From: a virus
Direction: 5' to 3' (one strand)
Length of the DNA stretch: 64,000 nt
IMG/VR virus record: IMGVR_UViG_3300042402_003388
Span: 1-64,000 of that record
The position numbers were made by a program, and so were the translations under genes. The notes below the pieces were generated by a model. It had not been told where the DNA came from. It saw nothing but the letters and a program-made list of their open reading frames with translations, and did no database searches. Shown here one piece after another: positions 40,392 through 49,019 of the stretch (position 1 is the stretch's first letter; each line of letters opens with the position of its first letter).

Positions 40392-40602
40392 ATTTGGCCC
40401 CACCTGAGATTACGGTGAGTAGATATTCCTAGTTTTTCCTATTGAAAAACCCTGCGTGTCTTACCACTTAAAACGTCAAACATACTCGGTGGATTTGTTA
40501 CGTCCAGGCTCCGACGAACCCCCTCTCTAAAGTCGTGGAAGGCGACAACTATAACATCTTGAAAGAACGTTACCAAACTTTCAGAGTATCTCTTACTCTT
40601 AG
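40392..40602 (-). ncRNA. unknown ~210-nt structured RNA between Leu tRNAs
   Basis: GC-enriched, multiple hairpins, no credible ORF. Confidence 0.45.
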
Positions 40603-40688
40603 TACTCGGGGCGGGAATCGAACCCGCACGGACCTTACGGTCCATCAGATTTTAAGTCTGACGTGTCTACCTATTCCACCACCCGAGC
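40603..40688 (-). tRNA. tRNA-Leu(TAA)
   Basis: GCTCGGG/CCCGAGT, loop CT-TAA-AA, long variable arm. Confidence 0.92.
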
Positions 40689-40690
40689 GT

Positions 40691-40700
40691 TTCAAAGAAC
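40691..40700 (-). promoter_or_regulatory. boxA-like element
   Basis: GTTCTTTGAA between TACATTTG promoter and tRNA-Leu. Confidence 0.6.
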
Positions 40701-40730
40701 TATGGTACAAATGTACGAAAGAAATTTCAA

Positions 40731-41228
40731 TTAATCAAATCCCATCGAACTTTTATATTCAATCCACACACGTTCAATTGAATTATTTAGAACATCTGAG
40801 AATAAGGATGGTTCATATGGTTTTGCCCTCATATTCAAACCCGCTTCTTGTGGTGTTCTGTCTGCTTTGTATAAATTACACTTATGACAACAAGTTACCA
40901 AGTTACTCCAAGTATTCTTACCACCCTTTGATTTTGGTATAACGTGGTCTAACGTTAATTGTTTTGTTGAACCACAATAAACACATTCTCCATTATCTCT
41001 TCTGTAAATTCTATTTCTGTTAACCCTAATATTCCTAACTCTGTATTTTACATACTTCAATAGACGAATGATTAATGGACGAACAAAATTTTGATAACCT
41101 GCATAGATAGGGTTGTCGGAACTCTTTAAGATTTCCGCTTTACCTTTAAACACTAACTTAAAACCTCTTTGAGGTGAAGTTACGTTTATTGGGGTATAAT
41201 CCGAATTTAATACTAATACTCTATCCAT
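40731..41228 (-). CDS. HNH endonuclease
   Basis: RD...CVYCG...TLDHVIPKSKGG...W.NLV.CC.KCN..K. Confidence 0.9.
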   Translation of the reverse strand: MDRVLVLNSDYTPINVTSPQRGFKLVFKGKAEILKSSDNPIYAGYQNFVRPLIIRLLKYVKYRVRNIRVNRNRIYRRDNGECVYCGSTKQLTLDHVIPKSKGGKNTWSNLVTCCHKCNLYKADRTPQEAGLNMRAKPYEPSLFSDVLNNSIERVWIEYKSSMGFD

Positions 41229-41263
41229 AACTGTGCAAATTTAATACATTTTTTTTATAAAAC

Positions 41264-41293
41264 AAAAAAAGGTCACAATTTCTTGTGACCTTT
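41264..41293 (-). terminator. attenuator-type terminator 3
   Basis: AAAGGUCACAA-GAAA-UUGUGACCUUU + U tract; 5' arm complementary to leader GUGACCUU (41347-41354). Confidence 0.75.
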
Positions 41294-41321
41294 CTTTTAT
41301 ACGTTTTTAGTTTAACTAATC

Positions 41322-41426
41322 TTATTTTTGTTTATCTAAACCGCGTAAGGTCACTATACCATTGCCACATAACGATGTGATAATGTTATCCTGTATCAAA
41401 AGACCTGTGTTGTTATACGTTTTCAT
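41322..41426 (-). CDS. putative leader peptide 3 (34 aa)
   Basis: MKTYNNTGLLIQDNIITSLCGNGIVTLRGLDKQK; contains antiterminator segment. Confidence 0.6.
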   Translation of the reverse strand: MKTYNNTGLLIQDNIITSLCGNGIVTLRGLDKQK

Positions 41427-41458
41427 AAATTACGGTTTTCTTTCTTATAAATATGTTC

Positions 41459-42283
41459 CTATTCTGAAACCGCCCTACCTTTTAAAGATTTCCAATCTTG
41501 TTCAGGACGAACTTCTAAATTAGTTTTCCAAGCCGACTCTAATACGTTCATATTACAACCTACTTCTTTAGCCATAGTAATTAACGCATTTATATCCTTT
41601 GGGAAACAAGTTCCACCAAAACCTAATTTACCATCAGGACCTGGAACGTGTAAATGGGAATCCCCAATTCTACCATCGGAAGCAAACCCGTAAAGAGCGT
41701 CTTCCCAATTAACACCAATTAATTGACTTAATCTATAATATTCATTCATCAGACTAACTTTTGCCGCGAAGAATGTGTTATTCATATATTTCACAAACTC
41801 AGCAGTTTTGGAATCAGTGTGAATGATGTGTCTATTCATAAATCGGTCGTTGAATAATTCCTCAACTTGTTTAGTTAACGATGGTTCACCTCCTAAAATA
41901 ATTCTTGCCTGTGTTAACATATCTAACTTGGCAGTTCTCTCAGTTAAAAACTCAGGTGAAAATATAATGTTATGACCGTATTTTTTAATTAAAGAGTCGG
42001 TAGTACCTGGTAATACGGTTGATTTGATAATGAAAATAGTATTTTCATTGTAAATAATGTTACCGAAAAAGTCTTCAATAAATGAAATATCTTGAGACCC
42101 ATCACTGAACATTGGGGTTGGTAAACATACAAAAATAAATTCTTGTTCCATTACTTCTTCTAATGTGTGAGTAGCCTTTAACGGATTAATGTCGTAAACT
42201 TTAACATCTGATGTTGGGCTAAATGCGAATGCAATAGTTTCCCCAACAAAACCATTACCTATTACTCCTACTGTTTTTTTCAT
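41459..42283 (-). CDS. UDP-glucose/GDP-mannose dehydrogenase family protein
   Basis: GNGFVG; CLPTP; KSTVLPGT; SPEFL; GFGGTCFPKD. Confidence 0.92.
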   Translation of the reverse strand: MKKTVGVIGNGFVGETIAFAFSPTSDVKVYDINPLKATHTLEEVMEQEFIFVCLPTPMFSDGSQDISFIEDFFGNIIYNENTIFIIKSTVLPGTTDSLIKKYGHNIIFSPEFLTERTAKLDMLTQARIILGGEPSLTKQVEELFNDRFMNRHIIHTDSKTAEFVKYMNNTFFAAKVSLMNEYYRLSQLIGVNWEDALYGFASDGRIGDSHLHVPGPDGKLGFGGTCFPKDINALITMAKEVGCNMNVLESAWKTNLEVRPEQDWKSLKGRAVSE

Positions 42284-42336
42284 ATTATTTATTTAAAAAT
42301 TATTATACATATAATTATAATAAGAAAAATAATTAA

Positions 42337-42822
42337 ATGAATAGTGAAGTAAATTACGAATCTTTTGGGGGGTGGGCCATCTCAAGAAAACTGTTTGAAT
42401 GGATTTTAAACCATTTACCGAAAGGAAGTACAATACTTGAACTAGGTAGTGGTAATGGTACTAAAGAGTTAGTTAAATTCTACAATGTGTATAGTGTGGA
42501 ACATAACATTGAATGGGTTAATTTGGTTCCCGAATCTACGTATATTTACGCCCCTTTAATTAATGGATGGTATGATGTTGAAATTTTAAAACAAGAATTA
42601 CCGACTCACTATGATTTACTACTTATCGACGGTCCAATAGGTAAAAATAGGGTTAATATTATTAATCATTACAAAATGTTTAAAACTGATATACCTATAA
42701 TTATTGATGATACTAATCGTGAAGATGATAATAACCTTTCAATATTTTTAAGAAAAACCCTAAATAAAAAAGCATCACTATCTGTGACCTGTGAAGATAA
42801 AATATTTACAATTATTTACTAA
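42337..42822 (+). CDS. class I SAM-dependent methyltransferase
   Basis: ILELGSG.GT; LLLIDGP; IIIDD. Confidence 0.8.
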   Translation: MNSEVNYESFGGWAISRKLFEWILNHLPKGSTILELGSGNGTKELVKFYNVYSVEHNIEWVNLVPESTYIYAPLINGWYDVEILKQELPTHYDLLLIDGPIGKNRVNIINHYKMFKTDIPIIIDDTNREDDNNLSIFLRKTLNKKASLSVTCEDKIFTIIY

Positions 42823-43526
42823 TGGAGGAAAATGAAAAATACGACTTTTGTATTGTTATTACGACATATGAAAGAGAGGATATGTTAAAACAGTTACTGA
42901 AAGATATTTTTGAATACACTGAATATAAAATGTATGTGGTCGTTTTTGATGATGGAAGTAAACACCCTTATGACTTAAGTGAGTATGACGTAAAATATGT
43001 TAAATATGTAAAAAATAATGGGTTAAAGAATCTTTGGAGAGTGATAAGCGACACTTTTAAATTTTGTAAAAATATAGACGCTAAGTATTATTTCTATTTT
43101 CAGGATGATTTGCGTCTGAAAAAAAACTTTTTCCAAGAAAGTATTAGAATTTTTGAAAATATCCCTGACGAGAATAAAATTAGTTTAGGGACATTAATGA
43201 TTGACACCCAAAGAAACATACCTAAATGGACGGGAGTTTATCCAATTGAGTATGACGAATATTATAAAACACAATGGTGTGAGTTAGTTTTTATGTGTGA
43301 ATACAAGTTTTTCGAATCTTTAGAATTTAAACTTAACCCAATACCTATGTCAAGATGGGATAAAAATCCTAATAATAGTAGCGGTGTTGGTCAACAAATT
43401 AGTGTTAGATTATTTGAAAAAGGTTTAAATATGTATCACGTAATTAATACATTAACCACTCACGGTGACCACGAGTCTGTAATATTACCCGAACTTAGAA
43501 AAAATGAAAAATTAATTGCAATATAA
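42822..43526 (+). CDS. glycosyltransferase family 2
   Basis: VITTYER; FDDGS; FQDD. Confidence 0.85.
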   Translation: MEENEKYDFCIVITTYEREDMLKQLLKDIFEYTEYKMYVVVFDDGSKHPYDLSEYDVKYVKYVKNNGLKNLWRVISDTFKFCKNIDAKYYFYFQDDLRLKKNFFQESIRIFENIPDENKISLGTLMIDTQRNIPKWTGVYPIEYDEYYKTQWCELVFMCEYKFFESLEFKLNPIPMSRWDKNPNNSSGVGQQISVRLFEKGLNMYHVINTLTTHGDHESVILPELRKNEKLIAI

Positions 43527-43540
43527 AATTTAAAAATAAT

Positions 43541-45307
43541 ATGGATAAAATAATATATAATGTTGCAAGCTATAAAAGAGGAGATACTTTAATAAAAACT
43601 ATACAATCAATTTATAATCAATGTGATATTATCAACGTTGCACTTAATGATTATGATGAAATACCTGTTGAATTGTACGATAAAAAAATAAATTTATTTA
43701 TTACGGATAATGACAGAGGGGATGCGTATAAATTTTATAAATTAATGAATTCTGAGGGTTATTATTTCACAATTGATGATGATTTAATATACCCCGAAAA
43801 TTATACCGAATATATGGTTGATAAAGTTAATCAATATGGTAAAAAATCGATAATTACACAACACTCAAGAAGTTTTAATTCATTTCCTATTAATAATTTT
43901 TATGGTCGTAATACCTTAGTTAATCATTTTAAACAACTACAAACTAACGATATTAAAGTTCAATTTGGAGGTACTGGTGTTATGTGTTTTCACACTGATT
44001 TATTTAAAGTACCTATTGAATATTTTGATAGACCAAATATGGCTGATGTGTGGATTGGTAAATACGCAAAAGAAAATGATATTGATATTATATGCGTCAA
44101 ACATAATAGCGGGTTTGTAGTACAACAAAATTTTGAGGACTCAATATATACCTCCGATTCCAAAAATGATACAATTCAGACAATTTTGACTAACGACTGT
44201 TATATGGATAAGGAAGTGTCGATAATCATACCTACATTTGATAATGTTGAATATATTCAAGAATGTTTAGATTCCGTAGTATCCTCGTGTTCTATGATTA
44301 ATAACTTTGAAATATTGGTAGGTATCGACTATTGTCCAAAAACTTTAAAATTTATAATGGAAAATAGTTTTGACTATCGAATAAGATTTTATTTTTTTAA
44401 TGACAATGTCGGTCCGTATATCATTAAAAATTCATTATCAAGAATTTCTAAATCGGATAATATAATTTTTTTTGATTCTGATGATGTTATGGATAAAGAT
44501 ATGGTTAGTGAGGTTTTGTTAGGACTTAAAACTTCAGAATGTGTTAAACCAATGTTTCATAATTTTACTAATTATATTGATTATGACGACCCAAAATATA
44601 ACTTAGAAACTAAGTTATTTGGTGAAGGGGTATTCGGAATTAAAAAAAATATTTTTTTAAATTTTAACGGGTTTGAAGGGTGGAGATGTGCCGCGGATTC
44701 TGACTTTATGGTTAGAATTCAAAAAAATGGAGTAACATTTAATTGGGCTAAAAAATTATTGTTTTACCGAAGAATACACGATAAAGGTTTAACAACGATT
44801 CCTGAAACTAATTATGGGTCTAAATTACGTAAACATTATATTGAGTTAACAAATTCAAAAACAAATTTTGGGCCACTGGATGAAATGAAGATTTCGGATT
44901 TTACAAGAATTTATACTAAAACAGAAATAACTAAAATTAGTTATCGTAATATTATACCGACCAAACCTGTAATTGAGACTCCACAACATAGTACTGAGGA
45001 TACTTTAAAACAAGTTTATTCTAAAAGTACGGTTATCGATAATAAAGTTAAACCAATTAATACTGAGGATAAAATTCTATCTAAATCAATTGAAAAGTCG
45101 GATAATAGTACAGTAGAAGATATTCGTAAAAATGTTTTATCATTATTGTCTGATAAAAAAGTTGTTAAAAAAATTGATAAGGATTTGATTGACCAAAAAA
45201 GACAAAATAGTAGAGATGTTGTAATACCGTATACAATTCAACCTGTTAAAAAGACCAGTAGAACGAGTGGGATTAACACAAAAAGAGGGGGAGGATTTAA
45301 TTTTTAA
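43541..45307 (+). CDS. two-domain GT-A glycosyltransferase
   Basis: TIDDDLIYP; VSIIIPTF; FFDSDD; DSDF. Confidence 0.85.
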   Translation: MDKIIYNVASYKRGDTLIKTIQSIYNQCDIINVALNDYDEIPVELYDKKINLFITDNDRGDAYKFYKLMNSEGYYFTIDDDLIYPENYTEYMVDKVNQYGKKSIITQHSRSFNSFPINNFYGRNTLVNHFKQLQTNDIKVQFGGTGVMCFHTDLFKVPIEYFDRPNMADVWIGKYAKENDIDIICVKHNSGFVVQQNFEDSIYTSDSKNDTIQTILTNDCYMDKEVSIIIPTFDNVEYIQECLDSVVSSCSMINNFEILVGIDYCPKTLKFIMENSFDYRIRFYFFNDNVGPYIIKNSLSRISKSDNIIFFDSDDVMDKDMVSEVLLGLKTSECVKPMFHNFTNYIDYDDPKYNLETKLFGEGVFGIKKNIFLNFNGFEGWRCAADSDFMVRIQKNGVTFNWAKKLLFYRRIHDKGLTTIPETNYGSKLRKHYIELTNSKTNFGPLDEMKISDFTRIYTKTEITKISYRNIIPTKPVIETPQHSTEDTLKQVYSKSTVIDNKVKPINTEDKILSKSIEKSDNSTVEDIRKNVLSLLSDKKVVKKIDKDLIDQKRQNSRDVVIPYTIQPVKKTSRTSGINTKRGGGFNF

Positions 45308-45369
45308 AAATAAAATTTGACTTTTTACGTTACATACGTATATTTAATTAAAAACAAGTAAAACTGCAA

Positions 45370-45444
45370 ATGAAAACAACACATATCATACTAATAGGCG
45401 GGACAGATAGAACTGAAGCGACTACTCCAATGGAGATGGTGTGA
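45370..45444 (+). CDS. leader peptide 1 (24 aa) of tRNA array 1
   Basis: MKTTHIILIGGTDRTEATTPMEMV; codons match array-1 tRNAs; TGGAGATGG pairs with terminator arm. Confidence 0.8.
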   Translation: MKTTHIILIGGTDRTEATTPMEMV

Positions 45445-45468
45445 TATTCCTATACTATGAATTCACTG

Positions 45469-45497
45469 AACCCATCTCCAAAAGAGATGGGTTTTTT
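45469..45497 (+). terminator. attenuator terminator 1
   Basis: AACCCATCTC-CAAAA-GAGATGGGTT + T tract. Confidence 0.85.
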
Positions 45498-45520
45498 GTT
45501 TTTAGATTGTTAAACATTTT

Positions 45521-45530
45521 GTTCTTTGAA
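45521..45530 (+). promoter_or_regulatory. boxA-like element
   Basis: GTTCTTTGAA ahead of first tRNA; overlaps a second TTTG..TATCTTTG promoter. Confidence 0.6.
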
Positions 45531-45564
45531 ATATTGGTTGTATCTTTGTAAAAGATTTAAAAAT

Positions 45565-45636
45565 GGTCCCTTCGTCTATCGGTTAGGACATATCCCTTTC
45601 ACGGATAAAAGACGGGTTCGATTCCCGTAGGGACTA
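45565..45636 (+). tRNA. tRNA-Glu(TTC)
   Basis: cloverleaf, loop CT-TTC-AC. Confidence 0.9.
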
Positions 45637-45657
45637 CAAAACTTAAAAAATATTATT

Positions 45658-45921
45658 ATGCCAGAATTTAACACTTATGTTGATGTAGACGTTTACGAAT
45701 TTATTGATGAATGTTCAAAAAGTGAAATTAATGAGTTAATTGACGATTTAATTGATAGGGGTTACTTAAACAAAAATAGTAAAGGGGTTGGTAAACCACC
45801 GAAATATTCATTAATTGAGGAAACTCATAGAGATTATTGTGATGTTTTGGCGAATTCTTACCATAGAATGAGTAAGGAAGACGAAGAAACAATCGCGAAT
45901 ATTGCTAAAAAATATTCGTAA
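45658..45921 (+). CDS. hypothetical protein
   Basis: 87-aa ORF inside tRNA array. Confidence 0.7.
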   Translation: MPEFNTYVDVDVYEFIDECSKSEINELIDDLIDRGYLNKNSKGVGKPPKYSLIEETHRDYCDVLANSYHRMSKEDEETIANIAKKYS

Positions 45922-45928
45922 TAAAAAT

Positions 45929-46002
45929 GGGGGTGTATGTCTCAAGGCCGACGAGAATGATTTGCAATCAATCTGGGGTGAGTTCGATTCTCACCATCTC
46001 CA
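45929..46002 (+). tRNA. tRNA-Ala(TGC), atypical
   Basis: G3:U70 pair, loop TT-TGC-AA, mismatch in anticodon stem, unusual D arm. Confidence 0.7.
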
Positions 46003-46006
46003 CAAT

Positions 46007-46097
46007 GTTATCATAGCTCAGTAGGATGAGGCCGCAATCGGATTCCTTTAAACAACGCGTGAGGGGCGGCTTTCACGATGTGGCTGAAGTGATAACA
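46007..46097 (+). ncRNA. tRNA-like element with expanded anticodon arm
   Basis: acceptor GTTATCA/TGATAAC, TAGCTCAG D arm, GCCGC/GCGGC stem enclosing ~30 nt, non-canonical T loop. Confidence 0.55.
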
Positions 46098-46107
46098 AAT
46101 AATATAT

Positions 46108-46179
46108 CGCGGGATAGAGCAGTGGTAGCTCGCAAGGCTCATAACCTTGAGGTCGGGGGTTCGAATCCCTCTCCCGCAA
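46108..46179 (+). tRNA. initiator tRNA-fMet(CAT)
   Basis: C1:A72 mismatch, CGCGGG start, loop CT-CAT-AA. Confidence 0.9.
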
Positions 46180-46188
46180 CTAATATAT

Positions 46189-46262
46189 CGTGGGTTAGAC
46201 TGGAGGTGGTTCCAGCTTGGTCTCATAAGCCAAAGACGGGGGTTCGAGTCCCTCACCCGCAA
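46189..46262 (+). tRNA. tRNA-Met(CAT), initiator-like
   Basis: C1:A72 mismatch, loop CT-CAT-AA, unusual D arm. Confidence 0.75.
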
Positions 46263-46340
46263 CAAAGTGTCTCGGTCCGCTCTGACGAAAGTTAACGACG
46301 AGGTCTCGGTAGACAGAACGCGTCTGATTCTACCCAAAAT

Positions 46341-46413
46341 GCGAGAGTAGCTCAGTTGGTAGAGCACAACCTTGCCAAGGTTGGGGTCGCGGGTTCGAAT
46401 CCCGTCTCTCGCT
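46341..46413 (+). tRNA. tRNA-Gly(GCC)
   Basis: canonical cloverleaf. Confidence 0.95.
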
Positions 46414-46422
46414 CAATAATAA

Positions 46423-46495
46423 GCGGATATCGTATAATGGCTTATTACTTCAGCCTTCCAAGCTGAAGATGTGAGTTCGATTCTCACTATCCGCT
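46423..46495 (+). tRNA. tRNA-Gly(TCC)
   Basis: canonical cloverleaf. Confidence 0.92.
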
Positions 46496-46500
46496 CAAAA

Positions 46501-46573
46501 GGTCCCGTGGTTGAATGGTTACAATTCCACCCTGTCACGGTGCGAGGTACGGGTTCGAATCCCGTCGGGACCG
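46501..46573 (+). tRNA. tRNA-Asp(GTC)
   Basis: loop CT-GTC-AC, G73. Confidence 0.9.
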
Positions 46574-46581
46574 CAAACTTT

Positions 46582-46653
46582 GGTCTATTCGTTCATCGGC
46601 TAGGATGCTACCCTGTCACGGTAGTGAGGAGGGTTCGATTCCCTCATAGACCG
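46582..46653 (+). tRNA. tRNA-Asp(GTC), second divergent copy
   Basis: loop CT-GTC-AC, G73. Confidence 0.9.
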
Positions 46654-46683
46654 CAAAAATAAATTAATTTATACTTATTGAGT

Positions 46684-46842
46684 ATGGATAAAGAAAAATG
46701 GGATTCTGATGAATGGCAAGGGCGTTCTAAAGACAGGGTCGAAAAAAACAATAAAGTTTTTGGATACTCTATATTACTTACAATACTTGGTACAGTAATT
46801 TGTTATTTATACGTCATAATATCCACTTATTTTAGATTTTGA
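46684..46842 (+). CDS. 52-aa membrane protein (below ORF-track cutoff)
   Basis: MDKEKWDSDEWQGRS... plus C-terminal TM helix. Confidence 0.6.
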   Translation: MDKEKWDSDEWQGRSKDRVEKNNKVFGYSILLTILGTVICYLYVIISTYFRF

Positions 46843-46892
46843 TTTGTTATTTCGTAAAAAATTTACTAAATTTGTAGTGTAAATAAAATATT

Positions 46893-47069
46893 ATGTGGGT
46901 AATTGTAAAATTAATGGAAAGTCTTAATGGTGTTAAAGTTCCTGTCATTATCTTAGATGGACACTCAGAAATTTGGGAATTTGAAACTGAAGAAGAGGCG
47001 GTTAAAATGAGAGACATTTTTTCTAAAAACTCGGACTCAGGTCACGTTTACTTAGTTAAAAAAGTCTAA
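46893..47069 (+). CDS. 58-aa hypothetical protein (below ORF-track cutoff)
   Basis: MWVIVKLMESLNGVKVPVIILDGHSEIWEFETEEEA... Confidence 0.65.
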   Translation: MWVIVKLMESLNGVKVPVIILDGHSEIWEFETEEEAVKMRDIFSKNSDSGHVYLVKKV

Positions 47070-47074
47070 CAAAT

Positions 47075-47148
47075 GGTTCCGTAGCTCAGCTGGATAGAGC
47101 AACTGCCTTCTAAGCAGTAGGTCACAGGTTCGAATCCTGTCGGGACTA
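47075..47148 (+). tRNA. tRNA-Arg(TCT)
   Basis: canonical cloverleaf. Confidence 0.95.
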
Positions 47149-47163
47149 CTAAATTAAAAAATT

Positions 47164-47418
47164 ATGGTTGATATTAATCAAGATATTGTATTTGAGGAAG
47201 AACATAATGAGTTTATTAAAAGTGAGTTATTCTGTCAAATGATGAAAGAAAAAATAGAACATTCTGCGTATCATAAATTTGATGGTATTGCACCTGAAGG
47301 ATTTACGTTGGTACCAAATGAGGTGTTAGAAGAACTTAAGGACTTTGACAATTGGAAGGAGTTTAAATACGATTTAGAATGGATTAAGAAAAATTCTATA
47401 AAGTATTTGGTAGTTTAA
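47164..47418 (+). CDS. hypothetical protein
   Basis: 84-aa ORF. Confidence 0.65.
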   Translation: MVDINQDIVFEEEHNEFIKSELFCQMMKEKIEHSAYHKFDGIAPEGFTLVPNEVLEELKDFDNWKEFKYDLEWIKKNSIKYLVV

Positions 47419-47435
47419 CTTATAAAAAATAATAT

Positions 47436-47714
47436 ATGAAAAAATTTGCACCATACGTATTAGTACTTATTTGGTTTTTAGTTATTGGGTTATTGGCGTT
47501 CTTATTGACAGGATGTAAAAATAAGAATAAAATAGAACCTGGTGATAAAGTAGTTAAATGTGTAATTGATAGTGTTTCAACTGAAGGACCTCGTTCAACT
47601 ATTGAACCGTATGTAAGATATTATTACTATACCAAATGTGGTGAAAGACTTATTACCAATCGAGATGACATTTACAAAATTGGGGACACGATAACTTACG
47701 TATATAAAAAATAA
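47436..47714 (+). CDS. lipoprotein/membrane protein
   Basis: hydrophobic N-terminus ending LTGC. Confidence 0.65.
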   Translation: MKKFAPYVLVLIWFLVIGLLAFLLTGCKNKNKIEPGDKVVKCVIDSVSTEGPRSTIEPYVRYYYYTKCGERLITNRDDIYKIGDTITYVYKK

Positions 47715-47719
47715 AATAA

Positions 47720-47792
47720 GCCTCCTTAGCTCAGCTGGTAGAGCACTTCACTTGTAATGAAGGGGTCGTAGGTTCGAATCCTACAGGAGGCT
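47720..47792 (+). tRNA. tRNA-Thr(TGT)
   Basis: canonical cloverleaf. Confidence 0.95.
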
Positions 47793-47798
47793 CAAATT

Positions 47799-47872
47799 GG
47801 TCCTTTAGCTCAGTTGGTTAGAGCAGCTCACTCATAATGAGAAGGTCACAGGTTCAAGTCCTGTATGGACCA
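47799..47872 (+). tRNA. tRNA-Ile2(CAT, lysidine type; reads ATA)
   Basis: CAT anticodon with ileX-like body (GGTCCTT, GGTTAGAGCA, TTCAAGT). Confidence 0.75.
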
Positions 47873-47893
47873 CAAATATCTAAAAACACAAAT

Positions 47894-48061
47894 ATGCAAC
47901 TTATATTCAATATTATCGCAACAATTGTATTCCTAATCTTTGGGATTATATGGAGTAAGAAAACGTTCACAGACATTATAGCCAAAATAATTTGTCTTGG
48001 TTTATCCATTTTAGGAATTATTCTAATTTTGATACAATGCGGGTATATTATTAAAAAATAG
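47894..48061 (+). CDS. small two-TM membrane protein
   Basis: ATG at 47894; upstream extension overlaps tRNA. Confidence 0.6.
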   Translation: MQLIFNIIATIVFLIFGIIWSKKTFTDIIAKIICLGLSILGIILILIQCGYIIKK

Positions 48062-48076
48062 TCATATATTTGTACT

Positions 48077-48352
48077 ATGAAAAGTTACCTGATTATTAGA
48101 GAGGATTATTTTAATGAAAAAGGAATTGGTAACAATACTCATTTCTGTATTAAAGAATCTAAAAAATTTTTATGGTTTGAATGGTGGTCGTACGTGAAAT
48201 ACAAAGAATGTTACGAAAGTGGTTCATATAACACTGTTTTAAAGTTCACTAATTTATATGAAGCAGAAAAATTTGTTAATGAAGTTTTGTTAAAAAACGG
48301 ACCAAGACAAAAATGGTCATCTATGACCCTAAAAGAAATAAAAGAAAAATGA
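48077..48352 (+). CDS. hypothetical protein
   Basis: 91-aa ORF after TATATTTG. Confidence 0.65.
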   Translation: MKSYLIIREDYFNEKGIGNNTHFCIKESKKFLWFEWWSYVKYKECYESGSYNTVLKFTNLYEAEKFVNEVLLKNGPRQKWSSMTLKEIKEK

Positions 48353-48936
48353 AAACGATATTTTTAGACCACGATGGAGTAATCTGTTTATCCACAGAGT
48401 GGGGTGGTCGTTACAAGAAACAAAAAAAATGGGGAGAACTTAAAATGTCTATGGGGATGAATGAAATCCCTATTGAATTTAGATTTGACAATTTTAATAA
48501 GAAGGCAATCAAAATTCTGAATTCAATTATTGAAGAAACTGGTGCTGAGATAGTAGTTTCATCTGATTGGAAACGATGGGCAACTGTTGAGGAAATGGGA
48601 CAATACTACGAATCTCAAGGGATTATCAAAAAACCAATCTCATTTACTCCAAACTTAAGTGAATGTAATAACTATGATGGTTCATTTCCTTGGAATAGAG
48701 ATTGGGATTTAGAACAAACTCGTACATTAGAAATTAACCAATATTTGAAGGACCATCCTGAGGTGACAGAATGGGTTGCAATCGATGACCTTAATATGGG
48801 AAAAGAGGGGATGTCATATTCAATTAAATGGGTTCACGATTGGGGTTTAGATAATTTTGTACTAACACCAAAAGGTAATGAAGGGTTAAAACAATCAGGA
48901 ATTAAAGAAAAAGTTTTATCTTTTTTAATAAAATAA
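48349..48936 (+). CDS. HAD phosphatase (Swiss-army-knife RNA-repair type)
   Basis: IFLDHDGVI; IVVSSDWK; WVAIDD. Confidence 0.85.
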   Translation: MKTIFLDHDGVICLSTEWGGRYKKQKKWGELKMSMGMNEIPIEFRFDNFNKKAIKILNSIIEETGAEIVVSSDWKRWATVEEMGQYYESQGIIKKPISFTPNLSECNNYDGSFPWNRDWDLEQTRTLEINQYLKDHPEVTEWVAIDDLNMGKEGMSYSIKWVHDWGLDNFVLTPKGNEGLKQSGIKEKVLSFLIK

Positions 48937-48943
48937 AAAAATA

Positions 48944-48974
48944 TTTGACAATTACGGAATTTTTCGTAACTTTG
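48944..48974 (+). promoter_or_regulatory. Bacteroidota-type promoter of leader 2
   Basis: TTTG-N19-TAACTTTG. Confidence 0.7.
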
Positions 48975-49019
48975 TAGTAATTATAGAAACAGGTAGAAAT
49001 ACCACAACAAATAGAAAAA

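Noticed and set aside
40731-41228. HNH as an intron-encoded homing endonuclease
   Set aside because: Free-standing with own promoter; no interrupted gene or group I core recognised around it.
45929-46002. Reading this tRNA as Cys(GCA)
   Set aside because: The stem register gives loop TT-TGC-AA, and G3:U70 marks Ala.
46266-46335. Hammerhead or theta (HDV-like) ribozyme after tRNA
   Set aside because: CTGACGA is present but no correctly placed GAAA/stem II-III, and no P1 starting at the tRNA 3' end could be built.
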